In this document: positions 43,157-54,474 of the stretch, in pieces
How positions within the stretch are numbered: the first letter of the stretch is position 1
Layout: each line of letters opens with the position of its first letter
Assembly: GCA_963811165.1 (NCBI GenBank)
Contig: CAWEQH010000004.1
Coordinates: 608,001 to 672,000 of the forward strand
Reading direction: 5' to 3'
Length of the DNA stretch: 64,000 nucleotides
Source of the DNA: an uncultured Nitrospiraceae bacterium
GTDB taxonomy: Bacteria; Nitrospirota; Thermodesulfovibrionia; Thermodesulfovibrionales; UBA6898
Translations under genes and position numbers: made by a program
The notes under the pieces: model-generated
Databases searched by the model: none
What the model was told of the DNA's origin: nothing
The model's input: only the letters and a program-made list of their open reading frames with translations

Positions 43157-44423
43157 ACTGCTTGCGCCCGCCGGAGATTTTGAAAAATTAAGGACCGCGA
43201 TACATTACGGCGCCGATGCCGTCTACCTGGGTGATTCGAGGTTCAGCCTGAGGGGCAAGGCCGGAAATTTCGGTGAAGACGAGATGAGGGATGCAGTGAG
43301 GTACGCCCGCGAAAGAGGGGTAAGGGTGTATGCGACCGTGAACATCTTTCCCCACAACAGGGACCTGCCTGATGTCGCAGAGCATCTGGAATTGCTTAGG
43401 GACATTCGTCCCGACGCCGTTATCATGTCCGATCCGGGCGTCTTTGCCATGTTTAGGGAGAGGGCCCCGGAGATTGATATCCATATCAGCACTCAGGCAA
43501 ACGTCACGAACGCCGCTTCGGCGAGGTTTTGGGAGCGGCTGGGCGCAAAGAGGATCGTTCTTTCGCGGGAGTTGTCTATCGAGGAGATCAGGGAAATACG
43601 CAAGGAAACAGCAGTAGAACTCGAAGTCTTCGTCCACGGCTCACTATGTCTGTCCTATTCCGGCAGATGTTATATCAGCAGTTTCCTCGCGTCGCGGAGC
43701 GCCAACAGGGGCGAGTGCACCAATTCCTGCAGGTGGAACTACGTGCTGATGGAGGAGAAGCGGCAGGGAGAGTATTTTCCCGTGTATGAAGACGACAGGG
43801 GAACATATCTCCTGAGTTCAAAGGACCTCTGCATGATCCGGCACCTGGGCCTGCTCGCCGATGCGGGGATTGAAAGTTTTAAGGTAGAGGGCAGGATGAA
43901 AGGTATTAATTATGTCGCAGGGGTAGTGAAGGCATACCGGGAGGCGGTAGACGCCATCGGGAGTTCCGCGGACCGCGTGGTTGAGGAACGGTGGATGCGG
44001 GAACTTTCGATGTTCAGCAGCAGGGGGTATACCACCGGCATGTTCTTCGGCCGTCAACCGGACAGGGATTACAATTTTGATGAGGAAAGCTACAGGATGA
44101 GCCATGAGCTCGTAGGGGTCGTCCTCGAGGTGGAGGGCGGGGAGGCGAAGATAGGGTTGAAAAACAGACTTGACAGGGGAGACCGGGTGGAATTTCTTTC
44201 GCCCGGGCTTGAAGAGAATTTTTTTGTGGTAAATAATATCCGTGACGAAGAAAAGTGCGATATCGACTCGGCCCGGAACGAAGACATTATCTATGCGGAG
44301 GTCCCCGGCGGGGTGAGAGAAAACGATCTGATCAGAAGGGCCAGAAATTTCGTGGGCATGAAAAACTCTGCAGAAGCGGATGACGGAAAGAGCGATATAC
44401 AGGTGAAGGAGGGACGCGGATGA
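43143..44423 (+). CDS. U32-family protein (TrhP/YegQ-like tRNA hydroxylation)
   Basis: [48 protein letters not shown]. Confidence 0.9.
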   Translation: MKRPELLAPAGDFEKLRTAIHYGADAVYLGDSRFSLRGKAGNFGEDEMRDAVRYARERGVRVYATVNIFPHNRDLPDVAEHLELLRDIRPDAVIMSDPGVFAMFRERAPEIDIHISTQANVTNAASARFWERLGAKRIVLSRELSIEEIREIRKETAVELEVFVHGSLCLSYSGRCYISSFLASRSANRGECTNSCRWNYVLMEEKRQGEYFPVYEDDRGTYLLSSKDLCMIRHLGLLADAGIESFKVEGRMKGINYVAGVVKAYREAVDAIGSSADRVVEERWMRELSMFSSRGYTTGMFFGRQPDRDYNFDEESYRMSHELVGVVLEVEGGEAKIGLKNRLDRGDRVEFLSPGLEENFFVVNNIRDEEKCDIDSARNEDIIYAEVPGGVRENDLIRRARNFVGMKNSAEADDGKSDIQVKEGRG

Positions 44424-44884
44424 CACGACGAGGGGAAAACGCTCAGGAACTCATCAGGTGCACTGTCTGCGATGTTTATCTTGAGGGTGACAAGGGCTTT
44501 ATCTGCCCGAGATGCAGGAGGGGGCCGCTATGCAAGAGCCATAGGGTCCCGCGCCGGAGGGAGTGCGCAAGCTGCGTTTTCGAGATGAAGAAGAAGGCCT
44601 TAAATGACTTAAAGACCCAGGAGCATAACCTCAGAAGTTTCCTGAGGTTTCTTCAGTTTCTCTTCCTTGTGTTTGCAATCTTCTTCGTCGCGTTGAAGAC
44701 AGGCATCCCCGAGGTGTTGGATGCCCTTCAAAAAAATATGATAACCACGAGCCTGACATACCTCGGCGGCCTGTCCGTTGTCGGCTATGTAATCTTCTAC
44801 GGCGTGTTATATAGTCAGAGGCAAAAGATCACTGAGATGGAATCGGAAATGAGCAAGGCGCACTTTGCGAGGATGGTAAAGTAA
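44420..44884 (+). CDS. Hypothetical membrane protein with N-terminal zinc finger
   Basis: CTVC, CPRC, CKSH, CASC, two TM helices; ATGA overlap with the U32 gene. Confidence 0.7.
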   Translation: MTRRGENAQELIRCTVCDVYLEGDKGFICPRCRRGPLCKSHRVPRRRECASCVFEMKKKALNDLKTQEHNLRSFLRFLQFLFLVFAIFFVALKTGIPEVLDALQKNMITTSLTYLGGLSVVGYVIFYGVLYSQRQKITEMESEMSKAHFARMVK

Positions 44885-44979
44885 TAACCCATGGACCCAA
44901 GAAAACGGGCAAAGATATCAGGTATAGATGAGGACGCGGCGGCAAGCGAAATCCCTTCCGGACCGTAGCATATCGAAAA

Positions 44980-46319
44980 GTGAAGATATTTTTCTCTGGA
45001 ATAGGCGGCAGCGGGGTTTCATCGATCGCGGGTTTTATGACCGGGAAGGGGCATCAGACGGCGGGTTCGGACCGTCTCTTCGACCTTTATCCGGAACATC
45101 AGGTCTGCAGGAAGCTGAAGGAAAAAGGCGTTGCCATATTCCCCCAGGACGGAAGCGGCATCGACGGATCAACCGAGCTTGCGGTATTCAGTACGGCTGT
45201 TGAGAGGGACAACCCTGATTTCATGAAGGCGGAGGGACTCCGGGTCCCCCTCAGGACGCGGCCGCAATATCTGACGGAAATAGTCTCGGACTTCAGCACC
45301 GTCGCTGTAGCAGGCACGAGCGGTAAATCAACGATATCGGGCATGCTCGCTTTTTTGATGCAGGGGCTTGGACTTGGCCCGAATTTCATAGGGGGGGACG
45401 GGTAAAACAATTCAGGGCGACCGGCAACCCGGGAAATTTTCTGACCGGCCCTTCGGACACTCTGATTGTGGAGGCCTGCGAATCAGACGGCACGCTTGTG
45501 GATTATATGCCGTCTTGCACGATTATTTCTAACCTGGACCTTGACCATCATTCCATCCCGGAGACAGGCCGTATGTTTGAACGGCTGGCTGAAAATACCT
45601 CGGGGGTAATAGTCACAGGCGGCGATGACCAAAACCTTGCCTCCTGCAAGATAACAAATGCGGTGAGGTTTTCGATACAGGGAGAATCAGAGTATCGTGC
45701 TACCGATATCGAATATCATCAACTAAGGACGTCCTTCCGGCTCAGGGGGAGAAGCTTCGAGGTTTCTCTTCCCGGAATGCACAACCTCTATAACGCGCTT
45801 GCCTGTATTGCGCTTTTGTCCGAGTTAGGCGTTGCCGGAGAAAAGGTTTCAGAGGTCCTTCCCGGGTTTACCGGGATAGAGAGAAGGTTCGATGTGCATC
45901 TCAATGACGGGAGGCATCTCGTTGTGGATGATTATGCCCACAACCCGCATAAGATCCAGAGCCTCATGGAGACGATGCAGACGCTGAGCGGCAACTTAGC
46001 TTACATATTCCAGCCCCACGGCTTTGGGCCGACAAGGCTTATGAAGGACGGATACATAAGGACGTTCTCCGGACTGCTGAGGCCGTCTGATGCCCTTTTC
46101 CTTCTGCCTGTCTATTACGCAGGCGGCACCGCAGCCAAAGACATCTCGAGCCGGGACATTGCCGAAGGGGTTAAGGCCTCCGGCCGGTCCGTCTCGGTCC
46201 TCGAAGACCGTGCGGAGATTTTCGATATGCTTGGGAAATGGGATAGCTATGTCGTGTTTGGCGCGAGGGACGACTCCCTCTCGGATTTTGCGGAAGAGAT
46301 AGCGGGGAGATTGAGGTGA
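44980..46319 (+). pseudogene. MurC/Mpl-family ligase, frameshifted at the G run near 45390-45397, probably an assembly error
   Basis: FSGIGGSGVS, AVAGTSGKST in ORF 1; EACESDG, DLDHH, GIERRF, DDYAHNP, FQPH in ORF 2. Confidence 0.85.
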
Positions 46320-46458
46320 GAGCCAAGGAGTTCATAAAAAAGCCACGTAGATCAGGCATAGCTGCTGCGTCCCCGGAAAGATGCCCTCTCTTGCAGAAAT
46401 GAGGTCGGAGAAGGGCGAATCGCATAACGCATAGTGATAGGGCGGGTCTAATCCTGTC

Positions 46459-46752
46459 TTATTGAGCTGCGGGAATAGATATCGGAAGGATTTCCTTTAT
46501 CAGTCCTGTTATATATGCCGCTGCATCAGCCCTTTGCTCATAGCAGTTTTCTTTGTCCTTTTTCCGTTCCACCTTATGAGTATCCAGGTCTATCGTGATC
46601 ACTTCGACACAATAGCGGGAGTCCTTTAGCGCAACCCCGTAAGCCCAGAGTAACCCATTAGCGTCCTTGCCGATGGTCCCTCTGCTGAGAGGTTTCCGAA
46701 ACTCACTCCGAATTACGTCCTCAACCGAGAAATACGATGTCTTCTTTTTCAT
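46459..46752 (-). CDS. Hypothetical protein
   Basis: 97-aa ORF coupled to the upstream ORF by TAAATG. Confidence 0.6.
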   Translation of the reverse strand: MKKKTSYFSVEDVIRSEFRKPLSRGTIGKDANGLLWAYGVALKDSRYCVEVITIDLDTHKVERKKDKENCYEQRADAAAYITGLIKEILPISIPAAQ

Positions 46753-46974
46753 TTAGTTGTCCAAATGCATTAACTGAAGCATGTCCTCGACCATTTCTTC
46801 GGCTGTATATTTTCCGCTTTCAAGGTCGACAAGAGCCGCAGATATGAAGGCTATTTGTTGATCAGCAGAACCCGCATCTCCCACCCAATCTTCGACCATC
46901 TCCCTGGTAATATCCTTGTTTGCTGTCTGCGCCTTTTTCGTCAGGGCATTATATAAGTTATCTAATGTAGCCAT
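46753..46974 (-). CDS. Hypothetical small acidic protein
   Basis: 73-aa ORF with RBS GAGGGTG. Confidence 0.6.
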   Translation of the reverse strand: MATLDNLYNALTKKAQTANKDITREMVEDWVGDAGSADQQIAFISAALVDLESGKYTAEEMVEDMLQLMHLDN

Positions 46975-47127
46975 TTTTCACCCTCTTATCTTTGAATATA
47001 CCTATTATATCATGCAGAGCACTGATAAGACGTTCTAAAAGGTTTTGCGGGCCGAGTGCGGGCCGAGTACTCTTGACTATTCCTGGGGATGGAGTAGAAT
47101 GAGAGTAATCTTATCAAGGAGGACAAC

Positions 47128-47253
47128 ATGAGCAAAGAAATCAACAAACCAAAGCCGAATGCAAAGAAAAAAGCGCAGCACACACTGAAAGAAAAAAGAC
47201 AGGCAAAAAAAGAAAAGGCTGGGGGGAAGTCAATCCAGATGATGCCTAGTTGA
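47128..47253 (+). CDS. Small lysine-rich protein (41 aa; below the ORF-track cutoff)
   Basis: MSKEINKPKPNAKKKAQHTLKEKRQAKKEKAGGKSIQMMPS; RBS AAGGAGG; TTGACT-16-TAGAAT at 47073-47100. Confidence 0.7.
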   Translation: MSKEINKPKPNAKKKAQHTLKEKRQAKKEKAGGKSIQMMPS

Positions 47254-47292
47254 GTATAGAGCGTTCATCTTGGCATAGAAACAGAGCGTGCC

Positions 47293-49820
47293 TCACTCGA
47301 AACTGATGAACCTCTTGGGGTCTATCCTGCGCGCGACGTTCAGGGGGATGAAGCCGGCCAAAAGCGTAATGAGGAAGAGCATGGACGTTACGAGAGTGAG
47401 GGAAAGCAAGGGTACGCGGAAGTGTATCTCCCAGCCGAAGGATACTTTATTGATGACCTCTATGAAGATCACACTCATCAGCGGCCCCATGATTCCGCCG
47501 AGCAGTATCCCGGCGACACCGACGATGCCGGCGGAAAGGACCAAGATGACGCGAATCTGGTCCCAGCCCCCCCAAGATATCTGAAAATGCTGATCTCCCT
47601 TTTTCTCTCGAGTACGAGCGCCAGGAGGGTATTGATTACGCCGATAAGTGAGACGATAATCGATATCAGTTCTATCGCGTAGGTTATCGCAAAGGTCCTG
47701 TCAAAGATAGATAGTACTTTGGCTCTAAGCTGAGCCGTGTTCGTTATCTCAAGCGAATACCGGGAGGACAGCATCTCTTTCAGGCGTCCGATGAAACCGT
47801 TCACGTCGACCTCTTTCTTTAGATAAATGCCCAGCTGCGTCGCGTCGTCTAGTCCCCAGTATTCCTTGAGCCATCTTCTGTCGAGGTACACAAACCCCGA
47901 AGTCGTCGAATAACTGCTGAAGATATCGCTGATGACAAAGCGCTTCATGCCTTTAGGCGTTCGGATCTCTACCTTGTCTCCGACTTTAAGCCCGAATTTT
48001 ATGCCCAGGAACGTTGAGACCCCTATCGTCCTGTCACTGCCGCCATTTTGCGGCAAGGGCTTACCTTCCCCCGCGTTTTGGAAATGGCCGAACCGCCGCC
48101 GCACGTCCCTGTCCCCGAAGCCCGCGACGATCTGTCTGCCCTGAAAGTCGATCCGCAAGGTCCTGAATCTGTCGACGCCCGCGACCTCATGGAGGCCTTC
48201 TACCGTCTTAATAAGTTCATCGGAGAGAGGGAAAAAACAGAAATTAGACCTGCAGGAGGCCGGTTTTACATAGACGTCTGCGGCTATGTTTTTATTTATC
48301 CAGATCTTAAGCGAGTCCCTGAAGGAAAAGATAAGAGTCAGCAGCGCAAAGATAAGGGCGCTGCTTATGGCGACTCCCATCAGCGCGACTGAGAACCTGT
48401 AAATGCTTCCTCTTATGTCCCCTACGGTGATGGCCCCCGCCGAAGGGAACAGCCTCTCCACAGGTCTTTTAAGTGCGGTCAGCAGTGTCGCAAGACAGAA
48501 AGGCGAGAGAAAGGTGAACCCCAGGATGATGAGAAGGATGCCCGCATAGGCCAGGAAAGGAAAATCGTAAGGCGTAGAGCGGTAATCGATGTATGACGAG
48601 GCGCAACCTGCCGCGATAAAGACGACGCCGGTCACGGCGGAGATACCCCTGTGGGCGGCGTATCTGATTTCGAAGGTCCCTTCTTTGGCACTTTCAGTCG
48701 GTCTGACGCGCGCTGCCTCGAAAGAGGGGATCGCGGATGCCAGGAGAGAGACAATAACGCCAAGCGCCAGGGCAAGGACAATATCTCCTTTAGGAATGAG
48801 ATAATCAGATATCGATATCGTATGGTACATAGTCGTGATCGTCTTTTCGACCGCGGTAACCGAAAAATAGGCGGCGGCCTGCCCGACGAAAATTCCGAAT
48901 ACCGACCCGGCGACTCCAAGGACCATGCCCTGAATGACGAAGAGCAGGACGACCGTTTTTTTTGAGATGCCGAGGCCGCGGAGGACCCCGATCTCGGTCC
49001 TCCTCTTTACGACAGAGACAAAGATGGTGTTATAGAGCAAAAAGATGCCGACAAGTATGGCGATGAGGCTTACGAACTGCAGATTATATCTGAAGGACTT
49101 GAGCAGCGACTTCTGGTTCTGTATCGCCAGGTCTTTCCTCCCGATGGAAAGGGAAGGGGGGAGTATCTTTTGTATCTCCGACGCGGTCTTATCGTCTGTT
49201 TCGACATCGATCCTGGATAGATACCCTGCCTTCCCGAAATATTCCTGGAAATTCCCGAGGTCCATGATAAAGGTATTTGCAGTAAGCGACGCCTCATCAA
49301 TAACGTCTGCGACCTTCAGAGGGAATTCCCCATCGTACACGTAGGCCCGGAAGGTGTCTCCTTTTCTGAGAGAATGCGAGGCGGCGAAGTCTTTCGTGAC
49401 GATAACCCCGTTTAGGTCCCTGAAATAGTCCTGGAAGCGGCCGCCTTTACGCGGAGAGAGGGTAAGAAACCCCGCTGTCCTGACGATATCGATGCCGTAT
49501 ATGTCGACCGTATCCTTCATTGCCGGCAGGTAGCCGTCCGCCTTTAACACGGGGAAACTTTTTTCTCCGGTTTGCCGGACGGACGGATATATGCCTTCCG
49601 GAAAGTCTGTCCCTGCCGTATCGAGGATTTCGTAATTGGCATAAGGGTTGGCCCCCCTGATGTCTGCCTCAAAGGAGGACACCGCCTTGTCGGAGGCGAC
49701 CTTTACACCCGTAAAGAGTCCGATGCCCAGGGCGACTCCGATTACGGAAAGGACGGTAAGAAACTTTTCCCGCCTCATGTTTTTAAGGACAATGACCCTG
49801 ATGAGCTCAAGAAACGTCAC
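47293..49820 (-). pseudogene. FtsX/MacB-like ABC permease (AttF/G-like), frameshifted at the C run near 47567-47573, probably an assembly error
   Basis: Two FtsX domains (RRTEIGVLRGLG; RKREISIFRYLG); last TMs continue in ORF 47293-47544 (VINKVSFGW). Confidence 0.82.
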
Positions 49821-50461
49821 TGACGGATCACCCCGTCTTTGATCCTGACGGTTCTGGAGGCGTACCGTGAAACATATTCCTCATGGGTCACAAGCAGAAT
49901 AGTTTTCCTCGTCTCTTCCCTGAGCGCTATCAGGAGTTCCATGATCCCCTGTCCGGTCAGGCTGTCGAGACTCCCGGTCGGTTCGTCCGCAAGGATAATA
50001 TCGGGGTCGTGGACAAGGGCCCTGGCGATCGCCACGCGCTGCTGCTCTCCGCCTGAGAGCTGATGGGGATAGCTTTGTTTTTTTCCTTCGAGGCCGACCC
50101 GCCTGACAAACGTATGGGCCTTCTCTTCCCCCCTGATGCCGTTGAGGAGCAGGGGGATCCTCACGTTCTCGATGACGGTGATGTTGGGAAGGAGGTTGAA
50201 AAACTGAAATACAAAACCTATCCGCCTCCTTCGGTAGAGAGTGAGCTTCTCATCGCCAAGGGAGGATATCTCGTCTTTTTCGACGAAAACCTTGCCCGCA
50301 TCTGCCCTGTCCATACCTCCGATGATGTTCAGCAAGGTCGATTTACCCGATCCCGAACTGCCCGTCACCGCGACGAACTCACCTTCGGCTACGCTCAGAT
50401 CGATACCTCTCAGGACATGTGCAGTCCCATAATATTTTTGCACGCCCTCAAGTCTTATCAT
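49817..50461 (-). CDS. ABC transporter ATP-binding protein (LolD/AttE-like)
   Basis: [24 protein letters not shown]. Confidence 0.95.
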   Translation of the reverse strand: MIRLEGVQKYYGTAHVLRGIDLSVAEGEFVAVTGSSGSGKSTLLNIIGGMDRADAGKVFVEKDEISSLGDEKLTLYRRRRIGFVFQFFNLLPNITVIENVRIPLLLNGIRGEEKAHTFVRRVGLEGKKQSYPHQLSGGEQQRVAIARALVHDPDIILADEPTGSLDSLTGQGIMELLIALREETRKTILLVTHEEYVSRYASRTVRIKDGVIRQ

Positions 50462-50465
50462 TTGC

Positions 50466-51521
50466 TTAGTATCCCGTCAGCTCCACGTACGCACGCCCCG
50501 TTGTGTTTCCTTCGACCTTGCATGCCCCCTCCCAATAATAGTTCCCGGTGGAATATGACGCGGCGAATTCCTGTTCGTTCAGAAGAGGCGTCACCTTCAG
50601 GTCGAGGCCCTCTGCCGGTATACGGACTTCCCACTCAGAAGGATAGCGGGCGCCTGTCTTTGTCGATCTATAATGTCTGAGCGCCGTTATCCCGAAATCA
50701 TCTACACTCAGGTGTCTGTATCTGCCATCCCGGTACACAACGGTGCCCGAGGAGTATCTGTCGACAGTCCCGTCGGTCTTTCTCATCGCATAAATCATTA
50801 TCTCTCGGCCGTCGTCGAGCTGCAGCGCAAACCAGTCCCATCCCTTTTCACTCTTCCCCATTTTCCCCGATGAGATTTCCCTGTCGAACCAGCTCTTGCC
50901 GTGCACCAGGGACGTCTCCTTCCCGACCTTCAAACTTCCTTCGGTCACCAGGTCCGTATAGGAGAAATACCATGAGGCGATCTCAGGAGATTCTTCCGAT
51001 TTCCGTGAGTAGCCGTTTTTGCCGTGTAATACGACGGGTTTGCCTGGGACCAGTGTAAGGTCCAGGGCCGTGTCAAGGCCTCTTGCCCTGAGGTGCATCT
51101 TTTTAGGATTTCCCCCCAGCTCGTTGCTTTCCACCCAGACTCTAATATCCTCCCTTTCGGCGCCCGCAAAGCCGTATGCCCCTGAATCGGACTTCTCGGA
51201 AGTATAAAATTTCCTTCCGGCGACGTCCGTGACGGCGAAGTGAGAGATGTAAATGTTGTCCACTCCGAATTTCGATTTGTATACCCTTGTCTGGACCCCA
51301 ACGACGAAAAAGGTGAGTTCGTATCCGTATTCATGTCCCTCCCGGTCGAAAAGATGGCCGGTGAAGTACCACCACTGGACCCTGTAGCCATCTTTGTAGT
51401 AAAAGTCTTCCGGAAATTTGAGTGCGTAGTCCTGTGAAATCCCCCGAAACTCCTCCGCAGATGCGACCCCGAGAAAAAAAATGAGGATCAGCCCTGAAAA
51501 CATAAATCTCTTTATCACCAC
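50466..51521 (-). CDS. AttH/CrtC-like secreted lipocalin-domain protein
   Basis: Signal peptide, QWWYFTG, SWFDRE, GWDWF, YWEG, YVELTGY. Confidence 0.88.
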   Translation of the reverse strand: MVIKRFMFSGLILIFFLGVASAEEFRGISQDYALKFPEDFYYKDGYRVQWWYFTGHLFDREGHEYGYELTFFVVGVQTRVYKSKFGVDNIYISHFAVTDVAGRKFYTSEKSDSGAYGFAGAEREDIRVWVESNELGGNPKKMHLRARGLDTALDLTLVPGKPVVLHGKNGYSRKSEESPEIASWYFSYTDLVTEGSLKVGKETSLVHGKSWFDREISSGKMGKSEKGWDWFALQLDDGREIMIYAMRKTDGTVDRYSSGTVVYRDGRYRHLSVDDFGITALRHYRSTKTGARYPSEWEVRIPAEGLDLKVTPLLNEQEFAASYSTGNYYWEGACKVEGNTTGRAYVELTGY

Positions 51522-51664
51522 GCATCATCCGAGAGAATATTTTCATTATCGCCAGCAGCAGACATACCACTATTATAATGTGCGTGACAACATTATCAAT
51601 CTTTTGTAAGTAATATGAAGAGGACAAATGGAATCCCTCCCGAAATGCTGGTAGACTGTAATCG

Positions 51665-52717
51665 ATGCCGGCGAAAAGCAAAGAGATGGAAGCAAACGAG
51701 AACGCCCAACTTAAACTTGAGCGCCTGAGAGAGGTATGCGAAAGGGCAAAGGATGTCTATGTAATAATTTACTCAAATCCGGACCCGGACGCGCTGGCGA
51801 GCGCTCTGGCCCTTAAAAAAATACTTGAGACACAGAAGCGCGAAGTCAATATAGGCTACACGGGGGCACTCGGGAGGCCCGAGAACGCCTCTATGATAAG
51901 GCAGCTAAGAATACCTGCATCTCCGGTAAGCGAGTCGAAGGCTGCGCAATCCGACATCATCGCGCTGGTTGATTCCCAGCCCCAGTTCTTCACCGACTTC
52001 AGCCTCCCTCGTTGTGATATCGTGATAGACCACCATCCGGTCCCGGATCGAATCCCGGCCCGATTTGCCGACATACGACCTAACTACCAGTCCACTTCAT
52101 CGATAATGACGGAATACCTGAGGGCCGCAGGCGTACGTCTTACCAGGGGTCTTGCAAGTGCGCTCTTTTACGGGATTAAAACGGACACGCGCCATTTTAT
52201 GGGCGACATGAGCCGCGGCGATGTGGAGGCCGTAAGATGGCTCAGGGGCAAAGCGGACAGGGACATTGTCAAACAGATAGAATTCTCGCAATTTTCCCGG
52301 GAGGGATTGGACTACTTCACCATTGCACTTGTCAGAAGGCGTTTCGTCAAAGGCGTCATGTTCTCGCATTTGGGCCCGGTGCCGTTTTTTGACGTGTGCG
52401 TGCAGGTGGCGGATTTTTTTATCAGGGTGGAAAACGTCTCCTGGGCGATGGTAACCGGAGTGGTAGGCGATACACTGGTGATAGTCTTCCGAAACGACGG
52501 CATCAAGAAAGACGCTGGCTTCCTGGCACGCACGGCCTTCGGCGCGGTAGGCAGCGCCGGAGGGCATAAGTCCATGGGGCGTGCCGAGGTCAGGCAGGAT
52601 GCCCTGCCAAACGGGCTTCTTCTCTCTAATAACAGGGGCGTCGAGAAGTTCGTGCTCGCATCACTGGCAAAGATCGACCCTGTATTTCTCCCGGTCCTGA
52701 GGTCTCTCGGAAAATGA
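51665..52717 (+). CDS. DHH-family phosphoesterase
   Basis: NPDPDA, LVD, IDHH, GIKTDT, SAGGH. Confidence 0.9.
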   Translation: MPAKSKEMEANENAQLKLERLREVCERAKDVYVIIYSNPDPDALASALALKKILETQKREVNIGYTGALGRPENASMIRQLRIPASPVSESKAAQSDIIALVDSQPQFFTDFSLPRCDIVIDHHPVPDRIPARFADIRPNYQSTSSIMTEYLRAAGVRLTRGLASALFYGIKTDTRHFMGDMSRGDVEAVRWLRGKADRDIVKQIEFSQFSREGLDYFTIALVRRRFVKGVMFSHLGPVPFFDVCVQVADFFIRVENVSWAMVTGVVGDTLVIVFRNDGIKKDAGFLARTAFGAVGSAGGHKSMGRAEVRQDALPNGLLLSNNRGVEKFVLASLAKIDPVFLPVLRSLGK

Positions 52718-52752
52718 TTCTGATCTGCCCCCTTACGGAAAGATGATGGCCG

Positions 52753-53604
52753 TCAGGCAGATACCAGTCTCTTGAAATCCTTAATCAGTGAAAGGGTCAG
52801 AGGTCCGGGTCTGCCGTTTCCTATGAGCCTTCCGTCCACATCTACTACCGGCACGAGTTCCGCCCCTGTTCCTGTCATGAAGCATTCGTCCGCAGTATAG
52901 ACATCATACTGTGAGATGTCCGCCTCCACGCATTCTATACCCCCTGCCTTTGCGAGCTCAAACACTGTCCTCATCGTAATACCGTCCAGGGCGCCTTTGC
53001 AGGGATGCGGCGTCAGGAGTCTTGCCGATTTAACTATAAAAATATTGTCCGCTGTGCATTCTGCGACGAGCCCCTCTTTGGTAAGCATCAGCGCCTCTGT
53101 AGCGCCCGAGCGACGGGCCTCTATCTTCGCAAGAATATTGTTCAGGTAGTTAAGCGATTTGATCCTCGGGTCGAGACACTCAGGAGGCATCCTCCTGGTC
53201 GAAGCCGTAATGATCTTCACCCCGTGTGTGTACAGTTCCTCGGGATAAAGCTGGATATCGCCGACGATGATTATTACCGTCGGTTTTTTGCATGAGCCCG
53301 GGTCGATACCGAGAGCACCTTCGCCTCGCGTGACGACGAGCCTGATATAGCCGTTTTGCTTTCCGTTGATTTCCACGGTCTTTAGAACCGCTGCCTCCAT
53401 ATCTTTTTCTTTCATGGGTATCTCAAGAGCAAGCGCCCCTGCGCTTTGGTAAAGTCTCCCGATATGTTCCTTGAGTTTGAAGACCTTCCCGTGATAGATC
53501 CTGATGCCCTCGAAGACCCCGTCGCCGTAAAGAAGCCCATGGTCGAAGACCGAGATCCTGGCATCTTCCTTGTCACAATACTTCCCGTCGATATAGATTT
53601 TCAT
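52753..53604 (-). CDS. ilvE: Branched-chain amino acid aminotransferase
   Basis: DHGLLYGDGVFEG, KSLNYLNN, LDGIT, TGTGAE. Confidence 0.93.
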   Translation of the reverse strand: MKIYIDGKYCDKEDARISVFDHGLLYGDGVFEGIRIYHGKVFKLKEHIGRLYQSAGALALEIPMKEKDMEAAVLKTVEINGKQNGYIRLVVTRGEGALGIDPGSCKKPTVIIIVGDIQLYPEELYTHGVKIITASTRRMPPECLDPRIKSLNYLNNILAKIEARRSGATEALMLTKEGLVAECTADNIFIVKSARLLTPHPCKGALDGITMRTVFELAKAGGIECVEADISQYDVYTADECFMTGTGAELVPVVDVDGRLIGNGRPGPLTLSLIKDFKRLVSA

Positions 53605-54413
53605 ATCTGCTCCTCATCGTCGAATACATCTCTCATTTTTTCGTATCGTGGACCGAATTTCTCAATAAGTTCCCTATTGAATCTCCTGACCACTTTCATG
53701 ATATAGACATCATGTTTTATATAATCCTCGGCAAGCATGACAAAGCCCCTGTTCGTGCTCCAGGCCCCTTCCACCCTGTCGTCTTTGTATATAGTCGACA
53801 TCAGGGCGGTTTCGGAGTCGGCGACGATCACGAGCCCCCTGCCGCCTTTTTCCTTGTAGAGCGTTTCCTCTATCGGATGAGGGTATACCTGCCCGATCCT
53901 GACTTCCGGCTTCCCGAAGTGGACCATTGCGATGCGCACCCCCTTTGCTTCGGCAGTCTTGAAAAAGGCCTCCAGCGACGCCAGTTCTTCTTTCCATATC
54001 GAAACCAGAAGGCTCCCCCTGGCGTCGAGGATCGTCCTATGGGCCTTCTCCATGAGATAGTCATGATCCAGGATGTTCCATATATATGAGATTGCCGACT
54101 TTTTCGATAGCTGGGAAAGGTCTTCTTCCAGGGCCTTGAGGTTTGTTTCCATGCCGCTTTTGAAGCCTGCGATAAACTCATCCGGGTCTACCGGCATATA
54201 TTTCCTGGCGCCGTCTTCGCCAAGTGTGAAGACCACCTTTTTTTCAGACAGACGGGAGAGGACTTCGTATATCTTCGACGTGGGTATTCCGGATGTCTTT
54301 GCAACTTCGTAGGCGGTAACTGGGTTCTTCGAAAGCAGGGCGACGTATGCCCGTGACTCATATTCCGATAACCCGATAGTCGAGAGTCGTTCTGAAATAG
54401 TAGTAACTACCAT
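53601..54413 (-). CDS. TrmB-family transcriptional regulator
   Basis: GLSEYESRAYVALL..TAYEVAKTSGIPTSKIYEVL wHTH plus effector domain. Confidence 0.9.
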   Translation of the reverse strand: MVVTTISERLSTIGLSEYESRAYVALLSKNPVTAYEVAKTSGIPTSKIYEVLSRLSEKKVVFTLGEDGARKYMPVDPDEFIAGFKSGMETNLKALEEDLSQLSKKSAISYIWNILDHDYLMEKAHRTILDARGSLLVSIWKEELASLEAFFKTAEAKGVRIAMVHFGKPEVRIGQVYPHPIEETLYKEKGGRGLVIVADSETALMSTIYKDDRVEGAWSTNRGFVMLAEDYIKHDVYIMKVVRRFNRELIEKFGPRYEKMRDVFDDEEQI

Positions 54414-54452
54414 GGTAGTTACTACTATAAATCAAGCCATCAGGCTTGTCAA
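54397..54452 (-). promoter_or_regulatory. trmB-ilvE promoter with 32-bp perfect palindromic operator
   Basis: TTGACA (54452-54447), 17 bp, TATAGT (54429-54424); palindrome ATAGTAGTAACTACCATGGTAGTTACTACTAT at 54397-54428. Confidence 0.8.
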
Positions 54453-54474
54453 GGCAATGCAATGTCACTACAGA

